Assembly: GCF_018350175.1 (NCBI RefSeq)
Contig: NC_058369.1
Location: forward strand, 994,001 to 1,058,000
Length of the DNA: 64,000 nucleotides
DNA from: Felis catus
Lineage: Eukaryota
Reading direction: 5' to 3'
The notes beneath the pieces were generated by a model that searched no databases, had not been told where the DNA came from, and worked only from the letters and a program-made list of their open reading frames with translations. Numbering within the stretch: position 1 is the stretch's first letter; every line of letters starts with the position of its first letter. Of this stretch, positions 38,900 through 48,767 are shown one piece after another. Made by a program: the position numbers and the translations under genes.

Positions 38900-39720
38900 C
38901 CAGAGGGCCAGCCCGCATGCCCCGCGGCCGCTCGGCCGGTGGGGTGGGGGACGGGAGGCCCGCTCGGGCCACGTGGCCCCAGCGTACGCCCCGGAGGAAG
39001 CCGAACGCTCAGCGAGCCCTTGCACGGGACGTGGGCGGATGCTCCGCGCACTGGTCCAGCGGGCAGGGAGCAGCGGACGGTGCGAGCTGCCCTTGCTGTT
39101 GTTGTTATTATTACTGAAGGGAGCAGGAGGGGAGGAGGTGGCGGGTGGCGGGGGCACCGGGCCCCTCCCTTAAGCCCTTCTCCGAGCTTATTAAGCGCCT
39201 CGGGCCGCGGCGATCGATGGCCACTGGGCGCCGGCTGCAGCTTCCCTCCCGGCCGCGGGCCGCGCATGCGCGCGGGCGCCGGATTGATCGCGGCCGCCTC
39301 GCCTCCCTCGCCGCGCCGGCCCCGCCCCTCCTCCCGCCGCGTTGCCCGGCAACCGCGGCTCGGCGCGCTCCCATTGGCCGGCGGCGCGCCGGGGTCCCGG
39401 GCGGCGCGTGGTCAGTTGGTCAGCGCGGCCGCGGCGTGGCCGGGGGCCTGGCTGCGGGCGCGGGTCGATGCCGCCTCCCGTCTGACCTTTCCCGGCGCGC
39501 GGAGGGGGCTGCGGGCGGGAAGGGGGCCCGGGAGCTTGGAGCAACCGGCCCGCCTTGGAAAAAAGTTTATTGACCCGTTTCTTATCTCGGGGACGCACGG
39601 CTTGCGGCGGTGGGGGCGGCTGCGTGGCCGAGGCGGGGAGGGGGGACGCGCGAGGGGGCGGCGGGGACCCCTCCCCAGCTCTCCCCGCGCCCCCCCAGCT
39701 CGCCCGGGGCCGTGTCTTCC
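38900..39720. promoter_or_regulatory. orphan CpG island with promoter-like motifs
   Basis: Very CpG-dense; GC box at 39320-39328, reverse CCAAT (ATTGG) at 39373, ATCGAT at 39213, ATTGAT at 39283. Confidence 0.65.
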
Positions 39721-40929
39721 AGCTCTACCCTGCCACTTCCCTGGGCTGGCGGGCCCCCTGCCTGAGCTGGGAAAAGCAAGCCTGGCCCAGGGGCACCCCG
39801 AGTCACAGGGACGTGTGGGCTGGCGGTGGACCCGCTCCCAGGAAGTGCGGCCCAGGGGCTCCGGGATCTCTCTGCCACACCGAGCAGACCACTAGCCCAC
39901 CTCCAGCCCCGGGAAAGCAGGAACACGTATCCATTCATCCAATGCCCAGGTCCCACACACTCACGGCCTGTAGCCCACAGCCCTGTAAGGAGGCACAATG
40001 GCTGAAGTTAAAATGCGGTGTTGAAATCAAAGGGCTCGGGGATGCTGTGCGATCTTGTGCCTATACAGCACCCCTCTCTCAGCAGCCCAGGGAGGGGCAA
40101 GGCCCTGACTCGGGGTTGCCCACTTCAGAAAACACACCGGTGCCCTAAAGCCTTCCAGCTCAGCCGAAAACAAACTGTCCGAATCCCCACCATCTAACTG
40201 GGTTTATTATCAAGACAAAGGCGCTGTGTATAAAATGCTGGGGCTCCCTGGGTGGGGGCAAAAATATTTCTTTTCTCTTCGGGGGTGAAAAACGAGACCG
40301 AATTTCTCGATGTGAGTGGGCGTGGGTGTGTTTCGTTTAGTGCACTAACAGCTTCCATACACCTGCCGGGCCGAGTCCAGTGCCGAGAGACTTGCTGAAA
40401 TGATCTCAATTAACCGCCCCCCACACACCGCCCATACGGGCGTGACTAGATTCCTAGCACCGCTTGGAAGGCAATGGAAGTAGAACTGTTGGCCACAGCC
40501 TGGCCCACCCCAAATCGGCTGCGGGCCTCTTGCTCAGGGCTCCTGGCCTCGGAGCGGCTCGCCACCCCACCAACGCGTTGCGTTTGCTTTATTTTATCAT
40601 TTTATTTTGTTTTCTCTCATTTCGTTTCACTTTCCGCGTTATGCGGCACCTGAGGAGTCCCCAGCCCCCTTCCACGGCCTTTGCATTTCTAATTCTTAAC
40701 AGCTGAGGAAGGCTGCATTGACCGGTGGTGGATTGTGTGGGGGTTATTTCTGAAAGCAGAAGCTGGAATTCAATTTTTATTTTAACCTGGTTATTGAGTG
40801 GGGAGGGGGAGGTTAGCCAATTCGTGCGCAAGATGAAAAGGCTGGCTTTTATCAAAGGATGAGCTAGTTTGAACATGGCCGCTTGGGTCTGTAACACGCG
40901 AAAGGGTCCGTGGAAGCCCTGAATGACCG

Positions 40930-41330
40930 CGTGCGAGCGTGTCCGAGTGGGGGTGGGGCTCCGTGTGCGTTTCAGCATAGGCGTGTGTGAGCGAATGCAC
41001 GAGAGCGGGGTAGTGCACGTGTGTGCGTGTGCACGTGTGATGTAAGCGTGCTCACGTTGAAGTGCGAGGGTGAGTGGGTGCGTGGGTGCGGTGGGGCAGC
41101 ACCCACGTGTACTTGTGTTAACGTGTGTGTGTGTGTGTCCATGAACATGTGAGGGTGCAGGCGAGCGTGTGCCTGTGCGTGCGCGTGTGCAAGTGCATGT
41201 GCACGGGTGCCTGCACGTGGGCGCGTGCCAGCGTATATTCGTACGAGCGTGTGTGCATGTGAGGGTGTGTGCGAGAACACAGAGCTGTGCATGTTTGTGC
41301 GCGTGTGCAGGTGTGCGTGGAGGGCGCCTG
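40930..41330. repeat. degenerate (TG/CG)n alternating purine-pyrimidine tract
   Basis: gtgtgcgtgtgcacgtgtg… over ~400 bp. Confidence 0.85.
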
Positions 41331-41954
41331 CCCCCCATGCAAGCTGCTGTGTCCCTGTCTTCTCTCCTGCTGTCCCCACCGCAGGGACTGTGCCGTGGCC
41401 CCGCCCCTGCTCACCCTGCTCATCTTCCTTCGGGGGCTGCCTTCTCGGGACCCCCTGGATCCGCCAACCGCAGGTGCCTCCCCCGGGAGAACATTCCGCG
41501 ATTCTGCTTGTGCATTCATTTGGTGAATTTGGGCACTCTCTGGGGGCAGGGGCTGGCATTTCGAGGACTGCTCGGTCCCCAGGGTCCAGCATGGGACAAC
41601 TCGACAGGCACCGCTGTGCCATGACACCGCTGGCCCAGGCCGCACGTTCTCAGCCCACTGGCACCGTTGCCCAGACAACAGGCCTCCCCACCCCGGGCTG
41701 TGCCTCCTACCCCATCCAGACACCAGCCCTGCTGGGCGTCAGCTGTCCCGGAACACTGTCCCCATTGGACGTGGCTGGGGGCATGGATTTTCAAAGCCAT
41801 CTCTCCATCTGGCAGCTATATTAACCCGATTCGACTGATCGAGTGACTGACGTGTTTGCTTATTGGCTTCTCCCGCCTCTCCAGGGACCTGGGCCAGGTG
41901 CCCCCTGCCATTTCCACCAGCCCACGGACACCAGGACCCCCTCACAGCCCCATA

Positions 41955-41955
<1 letters not shown>

Positions 41956-41988
<33 letters not shown>
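41956..41988. repeat. (CA)n microsatellite
   Basis: Perfect CA run. Confidence 0.9.
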
Positions 41989-41993
<5 letters not shown>

Positions 41994-42439
41994 ATTACAA
42001 TTATACGCTTGTGGTGATTGGGTCAATTTAAGTGGATCTTTCTGGAAGGCAGCGTGCCAACATCTAACAGGATTAAAAGGGCAAATCCAAGACGCAAGGT
42101 CAGTGAGGACAAGAACTTTTACTTATCACCTTCTCTGCTGGGTCCCAAGCACCTTACAGCTATGCCCAGCACATAGTAGGTGCTCAGTAAACAGTAGATG
42201 AATCCCCCCGGCCTGTGTGTTCCACCAGAAACTTATCCCACAGGTGTACGCACGGAAGTGTGCTAGGGTTTATGTAAAAGCGTGTTCCCTGCAGCATCCA
42301 TTGTTCCGGCAAAAATCTGGGAACCACGTAGGTAGCCAACAGCAGGATGCTGGTTAAATAAGTCACGGGTGGTCCAACCACAGAGGGCTACGCAGCTGTA
42401 CCGGAAGGAGATGCCTTCTAGGTGAAGCATCCAGAACCC

Positions 42440-42850
42440 CAAGAGAGACTTGGTGAGGAGCCTACTGGCCCCAAAGGCGTTGGCGACTCGTGCCCACACA
42501 CACCTGGACACGGACGTTTACAGAAGCTTCATAGTTGTCCAAACCCAGACAACCAAGATTCCTTCAGTCCTTGGGTGGACGCGTAGACCGTGGTCCACCC
42601 AGACGAGGGCATATTACTCAGCGCTAAGAAGAAGCGAGCCATCGAGCCGCGCAGAGACACGGAGGAGCCTCGGACGCACGTCACTCAGCGACACGAGCCA
42701 GACTGAGGAGGCGACACACCGTGTGGTTCCAGGTCCAGGACGTTCTGGAAAAGGCAGGACAAGGGCGTGCGGTTGCCGGGCTGGGGGAGGGGAGGAGCGA
42801 GTGGAGCACAGGGGATTGTTAAGGCAGCGACGCCCTCCGTGTGATGCTTC
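42440..42850 (+). mobile_element. old L1 3' UTR fragment
   Basis: Similar to the 21000-21400 L1 piece (ccatcgagccgc…gagacacggaggagcctc…ttctggaaaaggcaggac). Confidence 0.6.
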
Positions 42851-42939
42851 AGTGGCGGCTGCACAACGTGGTACAATGAAAACCCAGAGAAAGCACGTGG
42901 CCGAGCGTAAGCTCTCTGTTCGCCCTTGAGGTCCCGGGC

Positions 42940-43202
42940 GAGTGTGCCGTGGCTGCCGTAACAAAGGGGCGGCTCAGAGCGCGTCCTCTCCCGCCCCGGA
43001 GGCCGGAAGCGCAGGGCCGGGGAGCCTGTCCCCGCCCTCCCAGCTTCTGGGGTCTGCTGCCTCGCTGAGACACCACCCCATCTCTGCCCTCGTGCTCACG
43101 TGTGTCCAAATGTCCCCTTCTCCTATGTATTACCAGTCGTACCAGACAAGGACCCACCCAAACGGCCTCACCTTAACTTGACTGTATACAAAGACCCTAT
43201 TT
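42940..43202 (-). mobile_element. MLT1-type LTR fragment (host of the 43.2-43.5 kb SINE)
   Basis: ggctgccgtaacaaa…cccagcttctgg…ttaacttga…caaagaccctattt, reverse MLT1 motifs. Confidence 0.65.
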
Positions 43203-43500
43203 GTTTTCTTTTCTTTTTTTTTTTTTTTTTTAAAGTGTCTTGACGATTTGGCTTTCTCTGTGACCTAGACCATTGAGGACAGTTTAAATTTTTTTTTCAA
43301 CGTTTATTTATTTTTGGGACAGAGAGAGACAGAGCATGAACAGGGGATGGGCAGAGAGAGAGGGAGACACAGAATCGGAAACAGGCTCCAGGCTCTGAGC
43401 CATCAGCCCAGAGCCTGACGCGGGGCTCGAACTCACGAACCGCGAGATCGTGACCTGGCTGAAGTCGGACGCTTAACCGACTGCGCCACCCAGGCGCCCC
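43203..43500 (-). mobile_element. young Can-SINE with extra 3' unique segment and second poly(A)
   Basis: TSD AAAGACCCTATTT at 43190-43202 and 43501-43513 encloses the SINE (43289-43500), unique DNA (43232-43288) and poly(T) (43204-43231). Confidence 0.9.
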
Positions 43501-43527
43501 AAAGACCCTATTTCTAAAACAGGCCAC

Positions 43528-43750
43528 GGGGCACCTGGTGGCCCCACGGTTAAGCGTCCGACTTCAGCTCAGGTCATGATCTCACAGTCGTGAGTTCGAG
43601 CCCCGCGTCGGGCTCTGTGCTGACACCTCGGAGCCTGGAGCCTGCGTCGGATTCTCTGACTCCTTCTCTCCCTGCCCCTCTGCCTCTCGTGCTCTGTCTC
43701 TCTCTCAAAAATAAATAAACGTTAAAAAAACATTTTAAAAATTTTAATAA
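43528..43750 (+). mobile_element. Can-SINE
   Basis: Head begins 27 bp from the head of the preceding inverted SINE. Confidence 0.9.
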
Positions 43751-45640
43751 AACTATTCTAAAAGGAAGAGTCTATTAAGAAAAAAAAAAAAAACAAACAG
43801 GTGCCAGAAAGCACGTGGAGAATGTTCACTCTCGGGAATAGAAATGGTGGTCTGTCTGCGTGGGCGCACACATACTTTTACAGGTACGAGGAGACCTTGG
43901 TACAGAGGTTTCCATGCAGACGGGAACCGGGCGGAACAGGAGGGGTGAGCAGGGGGGGAGGCTTATTTTTCCCTGTAGGATTGTTGCGGTTGTTTTTAAA
44001 ATTTCACCCCCCTGTGCATATACTGCTTGCTCAAAAACAGAAAATTTAACAAAAAGCATAGAGAGCCCTGTTTTGTGACTCAGCTTTCCTGACGTTGGCC
44101 GTGACAGGGGAGCCCTGGCTCTCCCGTCTGTCTCCTGCACAGATGACTCTGTCTGAGGCTCTCTCAGCCCCCGAGGCCCCTGTCCCATGGTCTCCTGTCC
44201 TCCTGGCTCAACAGCTTTGTGCGGGAAGGAAGTGGGAGCAATTCACATCCACAACTCACTTCCCCTTCTATAAATGAAAATCGTATCACCAGCTTGTCCC
44301 GAAAACAGTGCTTATTTTCATTAAAAACTAATACTAATAATTCAACCACGTCCCAACCCTGCTTCAACCCCTGTCCAGGCAGCCCCTCCTTCAGGCCGTG
44401 CCTGATCCAGCCCCTCATAACCCCAGGCTCCTCCAAATGCCAAGGCTTTGCACATGCTGTTCCCACTTCTCTTTACTTAACGCCTGCTCCCCTGATGACT
44501 TTCAGGGCAAATGGTCCCTTCTCAGGGAAGCCCCCAGGCCACCTACCCAGCCGCCAGACCCACAGCTCCTGTTATTCTGGGTCACGCTGTGAGATGAGAT
44601 CTGCCCCCCCCCCCGAGACTATGAGCTCCCCTGCTCCCTGTGCTGTTTGGGGCCTGGCACACAGTAGGTGCAGTAAAGATCCTGTAATTGCACATGAGAA
44701 GAAACCAAGTGGAGACACCACAGCTGTATGTAGCAGGAACTCAGCAAATAGGATCACAGCTTGAAGGGTTCTTAGCAGCCGTCTGGAGCCCCCTCCCTGA
44801 GCCCCCCAAGCCCAGGGGGAGGGGGAGCAGAGGCCCCTTTAAGGGTCCAGCGTCACCTTCTTTTCTCAGCCACCCGGCACCCACCCACCTGAGAGAGGCT
44901 CAAGCAGCCCATTAAGCGATTTTTTTCCTCCACTTACAGCTACCGGCATCGACAGGGATACTCAATATCTGAGGGGCCGCTGGCCTTGGAAGAGAGATCG
45001 CAGCCGCCTCGATAAAATATTCTCTCTTGTCAGTGCCTCCCCCACCCCCGCCGAAGCTGTGTGCCCTATCCCCTCCTTTAATGAGCTCTGTTCTCTCCTC
45101 CCCCGCTGGATGAGACGTTTCCCCCTCCTCAGCCTTCCAAGCTCAGCTCAAGGGTTGGAGCGGGGCGGGGGGGGGGGGCGGTGAAAGGAGAATCATTCCC
45201 ACTTCCTACCTGTCTAAGTTCTGGAGGGACCACTTCCCCCAGGAAGTCCTCCCAGACCCCTCGAGCCCAGGCTCCAATTCCAACAGCCCTGATCATCTCA
45301 TGCTTTGAAGTGGGGAGCTGGGGTACATGTGGGGTCACACAGTAGTGTTCAGATGCCAAGATTCTCATCTGTCCATTCACTCAGTGGACAGAGAGTCAGG
45401 GATCGGCTTAGGGGCTCCAAGCCCTGTGGGGCCAGGACTGAGCGCCTTCGAGGGGACAGGCAGGATAGGGTGAGGGCACAGAAGCTGTAGGGCAGGAGGA
45501 GGAGACCAGCAGGGCTGGAGTGAGCCCCTCAGGTGGCAGAGGTGATGACCTTCCCAGGGAGGGTGGCCATGGGATGTGAGCCCCGTGACAAGGGAGGGAA
45601 CTCAGATGGCCAACCTGGAAGGGAAGCCCCTCTGGGCCAG

Positions 45641-45865
45641 AAGCCCCCAATTCTGGCTTCAGCACCAAGAACAGCGCCCTGCTCCTCTCTGAACCCGAAG
45701 CTCCCAATTCTGGCTTCAGCACCAAGAACAGCGCCCTGCAATTCTCTGACCCCAAAGCCCCAATTTCTGGCTTCAGCACCAAGAACAGCGCTCTGCTCGT
45801 CTCTGAACCCGAAGCCCCAATTCTGGCTTCAGCACCAAGAACAGCGCCCCTGCTCTCCTCTGGAA
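45641..45865 (+). repeat. 57-bp minisatellite, 4 copies, each with an RE1/NRSE-like REST site
   Basis: TTCAGCACCAAGAACAGCGC(C/T) at 45658, 45715, 45772 and 45828 (periods 57, 57, 56). Confidence 0.9.
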
Positions 45866-47755
45866 CTCTGGAGGGGTCGCTGCAGTCCAATCCCGCGAGA
45901 GATGTCCCCTAGGGAGACCCCACTGCTTCCTGGTGGGTCCATAGGGGCCTCAGTGTCCTCAGTAAAGTGAAAACAAGGCCTCACTCCCAGGAGGTGGGGA
46001 GGATGGGGGAGCAGCAGGTGTCAACGCTGTTTATAAACCCTGAGTTCCTAGTCGCTGGCTGCGGTTTTTCTCACCATCTAGAGCTGGGCAAAGTCTTCAC
46101 ACAGAAGGGGCTCAGTGAGTGTTGGCTGAATGAAAGAGTAGATAAGCGGTTCTAAAATTTCAAATCTAATCCCAACCCCTTCAGGGAAACTGAGACCTGA
46201 GAAGAATGCGGCTCTGCCCCTCCTTCCCAGCCAGATTCCAGAATCTTCTCTCCAGGCCTAAGGGCCTGCTGGGCAGGGGGAGGTGGGGAGGAAAGAAAGC
46301 CAGTGGGTGGGTGGGGGCACTGCTGCCCGCGAAAATGAGCCCTGTTCATTGTCCAAATACCGATCCATGATGCGGAGAGATGCCATGGTCCCAGAGGTCC
46401 AGCTTCTCAGGAAGCCCCCAAGCTTGGGGGCAGACAGGGGACACTAGGTGGGCCGGAGAGAGAGCCCCAGGGCTGGGGAGTCCCTGGAGGGGAGTGAAGG
46501 AGCTGAGGTTGGTGGTGGGAAGGGCAGCAAGGGTTCTACCTGGAAGGGGGAGGAAAGGTGTAGAGAGGAGAGAGCATTGGGACTGGGCTCTGCAGGTAGA
46601 GTAGGAGTTTCCTAGGGCAGGCCCACGGACAACGGAAAAGCAGAAACACAGGCAGGGATGTGGGAGAACATGGCCCACTTGGGAGGAATCGGGAGGGCCC
46701 CCGCCCCCGGAGGAGATGGAGGTGGATTGGGGGCCTGCTGGGGGCTCAGCCAGGACGAGGAGCAGGTGGGGGCAGGCCAGAGACAGGCTGGGGATGGGAG
46801 CTGCACAGAAGGACCCAGGCACCTGCGGCGGGGGGGGGGGGGGAGAGACCAAAGCCTCACCCTCCCTCCAGGAGCCAGACATCAAACCCAGCCTCTGCCC
46901 CTTCCAGGATATTAATTTTTCAGAGAAGAAAATGCTTTTTGTATTTTTTTCCAGGCAAAATATTGATAATGGGCTTAATGCGCCTTTCCTGCTTTTGTGT
47001 GTTGAGAGGGCTTTTCCATCCTGGTCGCCGCAGAAGCTGCACACCCCACCCCCATCACGGCCCCCCCCCCTCGGCAGGCCCTCACTTGGCTGCCCCGGTG
47101 TCTGCGGGGGGGGGTGTTGATTGCTGCAGAGCGCGTTGGCGCAGCCCCCTCCCTCCTCGAGCCCCCCACCCCCCGCCTCCACAAAGCCAGACACTCACCG
47201 CCCCGCCGTGGGTCGATGCGCCCTGCCGAGGGAGCTGGTGTTCCTGGCGGCTCCAGGCTGAGATACATTTCAAGTTGTTTGAGATTCGCCTTCCTTTCCC
47301 TCGTGGCGATCGAGAGGCAGGAAGACGGGGGGGGGGGGGAGTCCACCCGTTCATCCACTCCCTTGTACGTCACCCAGTCACTATGCACCTACTACGTGCC
47401 AGGCCCGGTGCCGGGGCCACAGCCACTTGGGCGGACCCCAGCTCCTGCCTCCTTGGAGTTCACGGTCTGCTGGGAGAGAACGGTGCCGAGCAGAATAATC
47501 CAGGAAAAAACATATCACTGCAAATTGGGACAAGACCCCTGTAAGAGAGGCACGGAAGTATGCGACCATGACGGAGTGAGGGGCTGATTGAGAATGGGGG
47601 CCAGAGGGCTCCCCTGAGGTGGGGACACCAAATGGGACCTGGAGAACCAGGGAGAGTGGCCTCTGCTAAGAGGGCCAGTGAGGAGCTCAGCCTTCCTCTG
47701 GAGGGAACGGCTTGTGCAAAGGCCCTGAGGCATCAAATAGCAGAATCTGCTCTCT

Positions 47756-47880
47756 CGGTGGTTCTCAAAGGGTAAGCATGCGCTGGCGTCCCCTGGAGGG
47801 CTCACTGAAGCCCAGACGGCCAGTCCCTCACATCTGGAGATACCCCGCATCTAGGGACACTGATTCAGCAGGTGAGACCT
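47756..47880. mobile_element. MER5-like DNA transposon fragment
   Basis: gtggttctcaaa…cctggagggct…ctgattcagcaggt. Confidence 0.5.
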
Positions 47881-48241
47881 GCGGTCTGACGGCACCAGGG
47901 GAAGAGCCAGTCGCTCGGTGAGATGCAGACGCGAGCCGACCGGCAGGGGTGGGCAAAGGGGGCAGCGGAGCCAAATGGCCTCAAGCCCCCGCTTACTCTG
48001 TGTGCTCCGGGCGGGCTCCCTTAAACCTCCAGGCCTCGGTCTCCGAGCATCTCGGTTTCCTGCAACTGGAGAAGGGACGAACCGAGAAGACCCAGGTCAA
48101 AAGCGTAGTGCAGAGCCCGGCACACAGTAGCTGCTCAGTGAATGTAAGTGTCGATAAGGAACGTCTGTGTGATTAAGGAGCAGGAGGCCTTCGCTGAGCC
48201 GGTGGCAGATCCAAACGCCGGAAGCAAGAGTGTGTCACCCG

Positions 48242-48767
48242 TGTATTCGTTCGCTTTTGCTGTGTCACAAATATCACACGCCTACCAGCTTCCAACACGT
48301 ATGACGTCTCCGTTTCCGTGCGTCAGTAGTCTGGGCTTAACTGGGTCCTCTGCTGGGTCCGACAGGCAACAGTCAAAGTGCCAGCTTGGCTGAAATCTTT
48401 TCTGGAGTTCAAGGTCCTTTTCCAAGCTCACCCCGTCCTTGGCAGAATTCAAGCCCTTGTGGTTATAGGATTGAAGCTCCTGTTTTCCGTCCAGATGTCA
48501 GCTGGGAGCAGGGGAGCCCTCAGGAACCAGAGCATGCCGGCTGCTTCCCAACACGTGGCCCCCTCCGTGGACCCCTAATGACATGGCAGCTTGTTTCTTC
48601 AAGGCCAGCAGGAGAGTCTCTGCTAGGACAGGGTCTTAAATGACACAACACAATCACCTCCGCCATACTTCGCTGGCTATCAGGGGTCACACTAAGGGGA
48701 GGGGATTGTACAGGGTACAGCGTCAGGTGGAGGTCACAGGGACCATTTTAGTTTTCTGCTCTCCACA
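48242..48767 (-). mobile_element. MLT1E/F-like solo LTR
   Basis: tgtatt…gcttaactgggtcctctgct…tggcagaattca…aaggggaggggatt…ccaca termini and motifs. Confidence 0.75.

Noticed and set aside
45408..45970. Repeat-protein ORFs or a CRISPR-like array at the 57-bp repeat
   Set aside because: Eukaryotic DNA, the spacers are homologous to each other, and there are no cas genes; the ORFs merely reflect a unit length divisible by 3.
46930..46960. Strong-looking splice acceptor (tttttgtatttttttccag)
   Set aside because: No matching exon or donor can be supported from sequence alone.
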